Shown piece by piece: positions 28,730 through 38,240 of a stretch of 64,000 nt of DNA. The first letter of the stretch is position 1; each line of letters starts with the position of its first letter. The position numbers and the translations under genes are program-made. This DNA comes from a virus, in IMG/VR virus record IMGVR_UViG_3300020122_000089, positions 1-64,000 of that record; one strand, given 5' to 3'. The notes below the pieces were generated by a model. It did no database searches, was not told the origin of the DNA, and saw only the letters and a program-made list of their open reading frames with translations.

Positions 28730-31700
28730 TGATTCGCGGCGCGAGGTGCTGCCATTTGCCAAATCCCTGCCTGCTTTGCGCGTTCAATTTTCTGCATTAC
28801 AGAATCTACCTTGGTTTTTGGTAGCCTACCGGACTCTATGGCTTTTTCAAATGACTCTTCTTTTTCAAGAATAATAGGGGCTATTTCTTTGCGTTCTGAA
28901 TCTGTGGATTTGTTATCAAGGAAGGCGTCTAGCGCTGCTTCTAAATCTATACTTGGATTGTGTTTTACAAGATATTGGAGCGGCGTTAATTGTGCCCTAT
29001 CCTTAATACGATTCACCGTTGCGTTATCTGCGCCGTCCTTGCCGGGCGGTAGAACGCCTTTTTCAACATGTGTCTCGTAAAGTTTTTGGGCGTCTTGGTG
29101 TTTTCCGGCCTTGATAGCGTCAGAGATTTGTTTTTCAGCATCTATACGGGCTTTTGTATCTTCCGGAGGAACGGCATCGCCATGTTGCGCCCGTACTCTT
29201 TCTAGTAGATTTTTCTCCATTCCGGTCTTTGGTTCTTTTGTTTCGTAAGTATGCGACGACATGCCAAAAAAGGCGGGCGATGCTTTTGCCACGCCTATAG
29301 CGCCAGAGTCTTTCCATCCTTCATAAGCATCCTTGAAAAACATCGGGGTTATCAATTGTGCGATTTGATTCAATGGCGTTGCTTCTTTTCCTGTTACATC
29401 TTTTCCTTGATATAGATTTACTAGAACGCCTGGAGCGGGCGCTAGTCTGCCCCTTAAAAAGTGCAGCATTGAATCAGCGCCCTTTTTCATCTGACTAGCC
29501 ATGAAATACTTCGACATTAACATTGACTGGCGAACGTAAGGCGCTAATCCCGCTGTAAGGTCGTAATGGGTATTCCCTACTACGACTTTACCAAAATCTG
29601 AATCTTCTGGATTTAGCGTAACCTTTGCACCGGCCAAAGAGGCCATTCCTAGTGTGGTGGCGAGCACTCCTGTATATTCAAACATCTTCTTGAGGGCTAT
29701 CTTTCGTGTTGCAGGATCCATGTCCGTATAGGTTTTTGGATTCAAAACATCTAGCCTAGATTTGATATATCGAGGACTGAAAAACACTGCATTCGCGGCC
29801 TCCTTCCATGCTTCATTTATTTGGCCTAAATCACCGCGACCGGTGGCGGCGTTAACCCAACGCGCCATGTCGTAATAGGGTTTTGGGTCTTTGTTAAAAT
29901 CCTTACCGGCATCATCTAGCGCGTGGAAATACTTCGAGCCTACATTCAAACGCTGCGAGTTTAAGAAGGTCGTGAATGCCTGATCGGAGGATCGTACCCA
30001 AGGAATTTTATGTGCCAATCGACTCATGAATGCTTCTTCTGAACGGCCTAAACCATGCCCAGTAAATTCCACTCCAGTATCTCGGAGTCTTTGAAAATCT
30101 GGGTGCAATGCCAATTGTTTTTGAGCCTCTTTATAATTCTCTTTGTTCATAAAGAAGGCCTTGAGCATATCTTTGGCAGGTTTTGCTAATCCTTGAACTG
30201 GCTCTGTTAGTGAAAATATATCACCTTGGCGGAATACTGCATGTAAATTCCCGGTAGCAATCATCGTGCGCGGAATGTTTGCTATGTCTATCGCTCGGCG
30301 GATCGGAGATGCTCCTTGCCACCATTGTTTCATCGTTTGCGGTGGCGCTTCGTATGGTTCTGGGCCTTCTTCGCCTTCCTGATAGCTTTGTCTTGTAGGT
30401 GTTGGACCTCTCGTACCTATTGGCTGTTCGGTTCTGCCGGTTGGTGGAATCGCTTCGTCTATATCTAAATCGGTTGGCATTCCTTTTGGAATTCTTCCGG
30501 AAGATTGCCCTGCCACTTTTCGCTTGGCTATCTCGGCCTGTTGAAATACTCGATATAGATTCTTTTCAAGGGCGGGCGTGTATTTTTCGCCAAGATTCAC
30601 CTTCATGTAGCTTTGAAAGGTTTTGTAATCGCTACCGCCTCGGTCAAAGAATTCCTTAGCTGCATTTGTGGCCTCGTCTGAAACGCCTTTGATTTTAATA
30701 CCACCTAAAGATACCGCGCCTTCTTGGTTTGGTGATTCTACGTCCATTAACATTTTTATCTTTGCGTAGGTGGATTCAAGATGTGGACGGACTTGATTGC
30801 CAAGCTGTTTTATCATTTGATTAGACCAGCCGCCAAACTTCCTTGCTAGTTGGTAGGTTTTATACCCTGTAATCAATGCCATATCCGCCATATCTTGGAC
30901 CGGATTCATATTGAGATGTTTGCCAGACATTGACTCTGCGAGCCTGGCTCTTGCATCTACAACCATCGGAGGTTCGCCTTCGGACATGCCAAAGAGGGGC
31001 TGGCCGGTTTTTAGGATGGAGGCTTTCATTTCGGGGGTGATATCAAGCGAATGAACGGAGACGTTTTCACCTTGACGCTGGCGGTTTAGCGCGTCAATGG
31101 CCGATTCCCCTTCCCGTCCTTGTAGTTCGCCGGTAAATGGAATATGAATCTGTGTTTCACCAACCTTCCCACCCCACCTCTTTGTATATTTAGATAGGAA
31201 ATTAGGGATTAGGTTGTCGTATAGGGTTTTCTTGCCTTCGCCGCCAATTTTTAGGTCAATGCCCTTATAAACAGCGGCCGCCTCGCTACTGCCGTCAATC
31301 CTTTGCGCTAGTTCCTTTCCAACATAATCAGGCAGTCGAGACGCCTGGATATCACGTAGGTCAATCACGGGCGTTCTGCCGGATGTTTCGCCCTGATAGC
31401 CGCGCAGGTCATAAGTACCATTCTCGTTTCTATTCCATCCTAGCGAGTCAAGCTGTTCGGATAGACTATACCTATCCGCCACCTGCTGACCCGTAGCCCA
31501 TGATATTTTGTCGTATCCATTCCTAACCCCATAATCTAGTACACGCTTCATCGCCAATTCATGGGATTTGCCACGGAAAGGAAGGAGGGGTTCGAGGCGT
31601 TGTAATTCTTGCGCCACAGATTGCTTGTTGCCCGTTCCACCTACCGCCATAATTGCATCTTGCGGCGTAGGTGCGCTCCTTGTTTCACCTTCCACTTCGC

Positions 31701-34700
31701 CTGATTGATTTCGCACTATCCACTTTCTTGCATTATCATCAAATTCAGCCGTCCATCCATTTGTATCCTCTGGCGTCTCTGAAAGTTTTTTCTTTAGCCT
31801 CTGTATATCATTCTGCAAATCATCTTGATATTCGTCTAGGTGGAGGATTTTTTCACCGCTAGGACCTACCCTATCGTTTACACGGAGGAGGGCTATGCGG
31901 TTCGTGTCGGCCTCGGGGATACCGTAGGCGTGAGCACCGGGAACTACGTAGCCACCTTTCGGCCCAAGCCCCCCCTGCTGTTGAATGTACTTCCGTATGG
32001 CGTCATCTGGCGTATCCGCCGACGTAAATCTCCTACCTTGTCGATCCCGTACAACGTGTTTTCCATCTTCTTGTGCGACATAAAATCCATCGGGTAATTC
32101 TAGTGTTAATAGGGGTGTTCTATCAATCGGGAGTGATAGCGTTAGCTCCCTATGGTTTTCGCCGCCGGGGGTGGTCCATTGTGTAAACCGTGGCAACCCC
32201 TCTTGCTTTTCTAATGATCCAGCGATCAATCTTGCGTCTCGTCGAATACGAAGGGGCATTTCATCCGCTGTAAGAAAATCTGAGTGAGGAGCGGCGCCTC
32301 GCCTTACAAACACAACTGACGGATCAGCTCCAGGGACGACGTCCGTAATATATCCCGCCGCCTCTAGTCGCTGTCGGGCTGCGGCGTATTCTGGCGTACC
32401 CTGTCCACCAAACTGCCTTTCTTGCAGCTCCACCCTATTCTTCGCAAGATAATCTAATACTTCTTGTTTTGTTACGGGTTCTTTTGCGGAGGATTTGCGC
32501 TGGAGGAAATCATAAAGGCCAGTCCAATGCGCTTCATCGTTTGGGCGCTCTATTCCGCCTTCGCCTTTGACTATAAAACCACCGCTACGGAGAATACCTT
32601 TTACCTGCTCGGCGGATGCTTTGTTTGGCATTCTTAATTTAACGGCGTTTTCAAGAGGGCTGTACCATTGCGGTGCTTCGTTGTGAAGTTTTGACCAAAC
32701 ATCTTCTAGGTATGGACGCACTCTTTCCCCAAGGCGTTCTACCATATCCTTCGTCCATTCTTTGATATTATCTGCGGTGTATTTGCCGGCTTTGTAGGCG
32801 TCCCAACCTGTGATTATGGCGGTGTCGTATAGGGCGTGGATTGGGTTTGCGCTTAATGTGTTACCGCTTAATCCTTGGCGCAATCTGTCGCGGGATTTTT
32901 GCACGAATTCTGGCTCTTTCTCGGCGCCTTCCATTGACTGATCTATTGCTTCTTTCGCCGCCTTCTCGCCAATATATCCCTCAGCGTCATGAATATTTTT
33001 ATAGACTTGTGGAAAATGCTTTTGAAGTTCTGCATCTGATAAATCGGATAGTCTTGTCGCGTTTGGATTTACCCGTCTTACATCCGCCATTGTTGGATGT
33101 ACGTCTGAAAGAAGCCCTACATCGGGCCAGTCTATTTCTGGAACTTTTCCCATCGCCAAGCGGTCAGCACCTTTGATTCTAGTATTTCCTGTTTCGCCAA
33201 AAGGACTTTGTATTATACGTGTTTGCGCGTCAGGTGTCAAGACCATTAGCTTTTCACCACCGGGAAATCTTCCTACTACCGTATAATCAAGATTACGCCC
33301 ACCGCTTCTATATTGCACTATGGTGGAGGGCTGACGCCCGGTAGCGGCATCTATACCCCGTACAGTACCGGTCATTTGTACAGGGTCTTTGAACTCCATC
33401 CTCATCGCCTTAAAGGCGTCTAATCGCTGGCGTGCGTCAAGACCTGACTGTTGCATTTCCCTGTGAATATCTGGCACTTGTTCGGCGTTTATTTCGTCTA
33501 CTGCATTACGGTGAATGTTGTAGGTTTTTCCGGTTTGTGTATTTTGTACTTTGTACGCTTCGCCTTCTTGGCCAAGAACTTTTAATGGATTTCCGGTTCT
33601 GCGGTCGTATGCAGTACCAGTGGTTTCTTGACCATACTTCTTACGGAGGAATTCTCCTGCTTCTTGCGGGGTTGCGCTTTGTGGAATTACATTTTCCACT
33701 CGCTGCCCAGTGGTAGGTTTTTGAACCACCGGCGGCGGCACTCTTTTAGTAGGGGGCGTAACGCCTTTAGCAACACCTTGTTCTGTTGGTACATTTGCCG
33801 CACCTCGTTCGCCGTTCCAGGCCGTCATGCCATGTCGTATAAAATAAATACCGTTTTCGAGTGGCTTTTTATCGTCAAGGCTGATTCGTTCTAATCCCCA
33901 TTTTCCGTTCGCATCGGGTGCGAATTTCAACACTGTACCGGGAGGGTCGTCGCCTTTCGCTAACATGTGCGCTTCGTCAAAACGATTGTTGGTAACCCCC
34001 TTTTTCAGCCAAGCCTCTAGCATTTTCAAGTCGCGGTAGTGGGTGACAACGCCAACCTTTTGCGGATTATCTTCATAATCAGCCATCGCCTCGCGGAGGC
34101 CGCCTACAAAACGGTCACGGAAATTTCCAAAACTTTCACCTGGTTTTGTACTTGCTTCGCCACGCCCTTCGGCTGGAATTTGTGGGTTCTTAATCAAGCG
34201 GTGCATTTCGTCTAGGACGTCTTGAGTTGGCCTTCCTTCATGCTGACCTAAATACCAAGGATCGAAAGCATCGCGGCTGTCTAGCCTTTGTAGGTTTGGA
34301 TTTGACTCAGCTATTCCATCCTTGGTTTGACGGACGCGCTCCATCTGTTCATTGCCATACAGTACATCAAGACCGCCTTTTGCGGCTAGTTTTGCACCTA
34401 TTTCGCGGGCTTGCTGTACGCCTTCTGGCGCAAGTGGGATATTTGTAGAGCCACGGATTACATCAACGCCAGACTTCATTCCTGGCAGTTCACTCTGTCG
34501 CTTTTGATCTATTAGGCTAGGCAGTGCTTCGCGTCTTGCCGCCTCTAATTCTGGCGTCACCGCTGCGGGTTGGTATCCTTCTAGTCTTCTGTTGATTTCA
34601 TTTTGGACGTCAGTATCCATTCCTATTTTTGGCCTTCCCGCTGGTGGTAGTTTGGTTTCTTCCGGAACTGTCGGGGTACCGCCACGCTCCGTCGCCCCTA

Positions 34701-37389
34701 ACGCGGGCTTAGTATCAGAAGCAATGCTAGCAGCGTCGAATGGAATGTAGACCGTATGAGTTGTGTTGCCAAAGTCCGGCGAATCTCCGTCAGTAATGAA
34801 TCCGTCGTAACCTAGTTTGCGAAAGACCTCCCGGACATCGCGGTCGCCCAGTTGCTCAAAGAAATTATCATGCGGCTCGATGCCATGCTGCCCTAAGATG
34901 TCGTAGAAGTCGGGACCGCCATCCTCCGTTATCGTATAAGGGTTCCGCATTGTCACTTTCAGTTTCGTGACTTTCTCGCCGTATGCCTTAGCCGCCGAGC
35001 GTGAGTCCGTCAGGTACATGCCGTCACGGGCCTTAAACTCACCATCGGTTCCGTGATAAAGTGTCAGTTCTTTCCCCGAAGCGCGCACGGGCTCTGCGTT
35101 AGGTTGGACTGTAGGCGTCGTGCTCGATGGTTTTTCTGCGGACCTGCCTTCTTTCCAAAACCATTGATATCCACGTCTTGAGGTTGCAGGTGTTACTTTT
35201 GTCGTAGTGTTTGGGTTTGCCACTTCGTATCTTGCCGCTGCGGCTTCTGCGTTTTCTTTTGTGGAATATGGTACTGCGATTTCACGTCGCCACTCTGGTT
35301 TTTCTTTGTCAAGCCAACGTGGGTCGAATCTTTCAAGGCTGCCGTTTTCATGCCATGCTTCTACTATTCCATCTGGAAGGGCTTGTCTTACGTTAAGAGG
35401 TTCGCCGCTTCCTTTCAAATACATCTTGCCGGATGGTTCTTCTGTTAATGCTTTTGAGATTGGGTAGGTGTTCCCCGTCCGAGGATTTTTTACCACCCAA
35501 GCATTTCCTTGCTCACCCACACGGAGAAGTGGAAGCCCTAAGTCGCGATGATAAATTACATCTGCTGGCTTTGTCGTTGGAGGTGTAGCGGCTTCGGGCT
35601 GTACACCAACTTGCACTTTTAAGGATTCTGGTATTTGTACTCCTTCAGAACCTTTTCCAACCACGTCAAGATTTGGGCGTTTGTATCTTTCGGCTGAGTA
35701 TTTTCCTTTTGCGGGGCCTTCTGTTGGCGCTTCAAACGGGCCTCGCGCCATCTGCGCTAAAACTTCTGGCGGTGCAGGTGGAAGCCCTAGCCGTCGCTGC
35801 GCTTCGGCGAAGTCTTGCACCTCAGGCTTCGCGGCGCCACGTTCACGGGATATAAGCCCGGCCAACGGCAATAACCCCATTTGTACGGCGCCCGGTATTG
35901 CCGCCAAAGCCGCTTGGCCAGGTGTTGCGCCCTGCGTTGCGGCTTCAAGATACGGAGGCGCCGCACCTACACCCGCCATATACGGTGCTTGTACGCCTAT
36001 CGGTAGCTCACTGCCAGCATGTAGTGCGCCGCCTATTAGCGCGTTCATTGCGGCGGATTTTGCAGCTTCAGCAGGCCCACGGTGCGCTTGTTCTGCCGCG
36101 CCTAGCCCAGCGAATCCTAACGGACCACCTTCTGCCGCTAATAGATATTCTGGTAATTGAAATGCGCCTTGCGCTACGCCGCGGACAATTTGATGTCCGG
36201 GCCCTGGCGCTTGTTCTGCTTCTGCTTGAGCCTGTTCGGATAGTGTTTGCGCTAACGGGCTGACTGGCGGTCGTTGTAATAGCTGACTGGCGTTACCCGT
36301 AAGTGCCGGGACAACATAATGCGCGACGTTGCTGCCTAATTGAGCGAGACCTGCACCTGTCGATGTAGCGGTAGACTGAATATCACTGGCGAGTGGTGGT
36401 TGTTGTTTTGGCGTTGGAACAGAACGCTCGGCTTGCGCTACTTCTGGATTTAATAGCGGAGAGTTTCTTAGCTGTTCAAGTATTTTTGCGTTACGGGCGG
36501 ATAATGCAATGTTTAGCCTACCGTTTTGTTTTCCAATTTGTGCGGCTAACTGGTCGGGGGTTGCATCTAATTCAAACGGATCATATCCTTCATGCTCACC
36601 GGCGCCCCATTGGCGGGCTACTGGTACTTGCCAAGGTTCAAACCCTAGCCCCTGCGTGGCGTATAGCTGCGTCACTTGCGCCTTAAATTCTTCCGGAGTA
36701 ATTCGTTTTGCCTGATAGTCGGCTAGGATGCTGGAGGCGTCTATCGCGGTCGCCCCGCCTATTCTACGATAGGATTTTGGCGTTATCGGTTTTTCGGTAG
36801 GCGGGCCGGCGTTGATTGTGATTTCGCCCAGCTTTGGCAATAATCTCTTGACGTTGGCATCGCCAAACCTAGCAGGTATCCCTGTATCTGGCGCCGTACT
36901 AACCGAGCCTGTATTACTATACGCCTTAGAGCCTGCATATGGATTTGCTGGGGCGGCAGGTGTTGGTTCTTCATCATCTGCAAACTCTACGCCTTCTGGA
37001 AGTATGCCGGGTTGTGCCGTCTGGGATTGAAAACCCGGAATGGGTTCTAAATGCCAATGCGGGCCGGTGCTCCAAGATTCCTGCCCGGTTGATTTGATTG
37101 CTTTTAGCCCGTAGTTTGAGAGGTTTTGATCCATCCAAGAAAGATGCTCTGGCTGTAGGTTTTTCGTTCGCACATCGAACGCATCTCGCTTTGCAGGTGT
37201 GCGGTGCATTGGGTTGTTTGCTGTATCACCAGTAACATCAAGCGGACGTCCGAACTGAGACTGAAACGCCTGTTGGAATTTGTAGAAAGGCGTTTGTTCG
37301 CTGTCGTCGGCGAAGTCAACACCTTCTGGTAGGATTCCGGTCGGAGGTGGTGATGGCTGACTATTTGGTTGTTGCGGGTAGGAGGACAT
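28726..37389 (-). CDS. Giant internal-virion polyvalent protein (2887 aa)
   Basis: M15-like H..D..HxH at the N-terminus, ART-like YHGT, histidine-phosphatase RHG, LPD-like ILHLDEYQDD segment. Confidence 0.85.
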   Translation of the reverse strand: MSSYPQQPNSQPSPPPTGILPEGVDFADDSEQTPFYKFQQAFQSQFGRPLDVTGDTANNPMHRTPAKRDAFDVRTKNLQPEHLSWMDQNLSNYGLKAIKSTGQESWSTGPHWHLEPIPGFQSQTAQPGILPEGVEFADDEEPTPAAPANPYAGSKAYSNTGSVSTAPDTGIPARFGDANVKRLLPKLGEITINAGPPTEKPITPKSYRRIGGATAIDASSILADYQAKRITPEEFKAQVTQLYATQGLGFEPWQVPVARQWGAGEHEGYDPFELDATPDQLAAQIGKQNGRLNIALSARNAKILEQLRNSPLLNPEVAQAERSVPTPKQQPPLASDIQSTATSTGAGLAQLGSNVAHYVVPALTGNASQLLQRPPVSPLAQTLSEQAQAEAEQAPGPGHQIVRGVAQGAFQLPEYLLAAEGGPLGFAGLGAAEQAHRGPAEAAKSAAMNALIGGALHAGSELPIGVQAPYMAGVGAAPPYLEAATQGATPGQAALAAIPGAVQMGLLPLAGLISRERGAAKPEVQDFAEAQRRLGLPPAPPEVLAQMARGPFEAPTEGPAKGKYSAERYKRPNLDVVGKGSEGVQIPESLKVQVGVQPEAATPPTTKPADVIYHRDLGLPLLRVGEQGNAWVVKNPRTGNTYPISKALTEEPSGKMYLKGSGEPLNVRQALPDGIVEAWHENGSLERFDPRWLDKEKPEWRREIAVPYSTKENAEAAAARYEVANPNTTTKVTPATSRRGYQWFWKEGRSAEKPSSTTPTVQPNAEPVRASGKELTLYHGTDGEFKARDGMYLTDSRSAAKAYGEKVTKLKVTMRNPYTITEDGGPDFYDILGQHGIEPHDNFFEQLGDRDVREVFRKLGYDGFITDGDSPDFGNTTHTVYIPFDAASIASDTKPALGATERGGTPTVPEETKLPPAGRPKIGMDTDVQNEINRRLEGYQPAAVTPELEAARREALPSLIDQKRQSELPGMKSGVDVIRGSTNIPLAPEGVQQAREIGAKLAAKGGLDVLYGNEQMERVRQTKDGIAESNPNLQRLDSRDAFDPWYLGQHEGRPTQDVLDEMHRLIKNPQIPAEGRGEASTKPGESFGNFRDRFVGGLREAMADYEDNPQKVGVVTHYRDLKMLEAWLKKGVTNNRFDEAHMLAKGDDPPGTVLKFAPDANGKWGLERISLDDKKPLENGIYFIRHGMTAWNGERGAANVPTEQGVAKGVTPPTKRVPPPVVQKPTTGQRVENVIPQSATPQEAGEFLRKKYGQETTGTAYDRRTGNPLKVLGQEGEAYKVQNTQTGKTYNIHRNAVDEINAEQVPDIHREMQQSGLDARQRLDAFKAMRMEFKDPVQMTGTVRGIDAATGRQPSTIVQYRSGGRNLDYTVVGRFPGGEKLMVLTPDAQTRIIQSPFGETGNTRIKGADRLAMGKVPEIDWPDVGLLSDVHPTMADVRRVNPNATRLSDLSDAELQKHFPQVYKNIHDAEGYIGEKAAKEAIDQSMEGAEKEPEFVQKSRDRLRQGLSGNTLSANPIHALYDTAIITGWDAYKAGKYTADNIKEWTKDMVERLGERVRPYLEDVWSKLHNEAPQWYSPLENAVKLRMPNKASAEQVKGILRSGGFIVKGEGGIERPNDEAHWTGLYDFLQRKSSAKEPVTKQEVLDYLAKNRVELQERQFGGQGTPEYAAARQRLEAAGYITDVVPGADPSVVFVRRGAAPHSDFLTADEMPLRIRRDARLIAGSLEKQEGLPRFTQWTTPGGENHRELTLSLPIDRTPLLTLELPDGFYVAQEDGKHVVRDRQGRRFTSADTPDDAIRKYIQQQGGLGPKGGYVVPGAHAYGIPEADTNRIALLRVNDRVGPSGEKILHLDEYQDDLQNDIQRLKKKLSETPEDTNGWTAEFDDNARKWIVRNQSGEVEGETRSAPTPQDAIMAVGGTGNKQSVAQELQRLEPLLPFRGKSHELAMKRVLDYGVRNGYDKISWATGQQVADRYSLSEQLDSLGWNRNENGTYDLRGYQGETSGRTPVIDLRDIQASRLPDYVGKELAQRIDGSSEAAAVYKGIDLKIGGEGKKTLYDNLIPNFLSKYTKRWGGKVGETQIHIPFTGELQGREGESAIDALNRQRQGENVSVHSLDITPEMKASILKTGQPLFGMSEGEPPMVVDARARLAESMSGKHLNMNPVQDMADMALITGYKTYQLARKFGGWSNQMIKQLGNQVRPHLESTYAKIKMLMDVESPNQEGAVSLGGIKIKGVSDEATNAAKEFFDRGGSDYKTFQSYMKVNLGEKYTPALEKNLYRVFQQAEIAKRKVAGQSSGRIPKGMPTDLDIDEAIPPTGRTEQPIGTRGPTPTRQSYQEGEEGPEPYEAPPQTMKQWWQGASPIRRAIDIANIPRTMIATGNLHAVFRQGDIFSLTEPVQGLAKPAKDMLKAFFMNKENYKEAQKQLALHPDFQRLRDTGVEFTGHGLGRSEEAFMSRLAHKIPWVRSSDQAFTTFLNSQRLNVGSKYFHALDDAGKDFNKDPKPYYDMARWVNAATGRGDLGQINEAWKEAANAVFFSPRYIKSRLDVLNPKTYTDMDPATRKIALKKMFEYTGVLATTLGMASLAGAKVTLNPEDSDFGKVVVGNTHYDLTAGLAPYVRQSMLMSKYFMASQMKKGADSMLHFLRGRLAPAPGVLVNLYQGKDVTGKEATPLNQIAQLITPMFFKDAYEGWKDSGAIGVAKASPAFFGMSSHTYETKEPKTGMEKNLLERVRAQHGDAVPPEDTKARIDAEKQISDAIKAGKHQDAQKLYETHVEKGVLPPGKDGADNATVNRIKDRAQLTPLQYLVKHNPSIDLEAALDAFLDNKSTDSERKEIAPIILEKEESFEKAIESGRLPKTKVDSVMQKIERAKQAGIWQMAAPRAANQ

Positions 37390-37413
37390 TCGATTAAAAT
37401 GGCCGGTGTGGCG

Positions 37414-37977
37414 TTAGGCGCATTGTCTCTTTGTACGTTTTATCAACCGTAGTTTTGCAGGTGTAGGCTTCCATTGCGGCGCTGGCGGCGGCTGTTTGTT
37501 CTCTTTTTTCTTCTTTTTTAATCTGTTCTGTTTTCTACTTTGCTTCAACGCCAGCCAGTACGCGGTCTCGCCTGATTCGTTTCTCGCAATTGTTTTATGA
37601 TATTCAACAACAGCTCGCGTTATCGCCGCTTCAAATATCCACGCTGAATAGTCAGGCTTGTCAATAATCTTTTCGATTGGATATGATTTTACGTTACTAT
37701 TTTGCAGCCGTACTACAGAGAATCCAAGCGATTTCAAAAACTCCGTTCGCCGCTTATCGTATACCACCGCATCAGGCGTTGAGTGCTGCTTGCCGTCTAT
37801 TTCAACGATTAGCATTTTCTCGGGTAGTACGAAGTCTGCTATATAGAATCCTATGACGTGCTGGCAATGGAAATTCAACCTCGCCATAGTAAGTCTTTTT
37901 GCAAAACGCCTTTCGTATTTAGTCTGCTCGTAGCGCATCTCTTTTGCGCGTGAGTGCAGTTCGTCTAATTGTAACAT
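37414..37977 (-). CDS. DUF559 (Vsr-like PD-(D/E)XK) endonuclease
   Basis: QHVIG.YIADF, IVEIDGKQH, D..RT.FL...G..VVR. Confidence 0.88.
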   Translation of the reverse strand: MLQLDELHSRAKEMRYEQTKYERRFAKRLTMARLNFHCQHVIGFYIADFVLPEKMLIVEIDGKQHSTPDAVVYDKRRTEFLKSLGFSVVRLQNSNVKSYPIEKIIDKPDYSAWIFEAAITRAVVEYHKTIARNESGETAYWLALKQSRKQNRLKKKKKENKQPPPAPQWKPTPAKLRLIKRTKRQCA

Positions 37978-38172
37978 GGCGGGAATCTTCCGGAAGATTT
38001 CATTCCTTGATTTTTGCTAGTAAGCCCTATGTGCGAATCCTAGTAAAATGAAGGATTGCGATTTTCGAGATTTCAATCGCCTATCTGTGCTTTACGTATT
38101 CATTACCATGTGGTATTTCATGGTATTAAGAATCGTATTTACTCCGGCGGCCGCGTGTTTCTACAGGTCCCT

Positions 38173-38201
38173 ATTGTAGCATGGTTTCCTGTTAAAGTCA
38201 A
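38173..38201 (-). promoter_or_regulatory. sigma70-type promoter upstream of the DUF559 gene
   Basis: TTGACT-17-TACAAT with TG extended -10. Confidence 0.75.
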
Positions 38202-38240
38202 GGTATTTTTTCTTACCGTTCTTCCGGAAGAAAATCCTCA

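Noticed and set aside
37414-37977. DUF559 or HNH nuclease plus MTases as a restriction-modification system
   Set aside because: The genes are not adjacent, and these nuclease families are common stand-alone phage genes.
38104-38125. Inverted repeat TACCATG...CATGGTA in the DUF559 leader as an ncRNA or riboswitch
   Set aside because: Only a 7-bp AT-rich stem with no further supporting structure.
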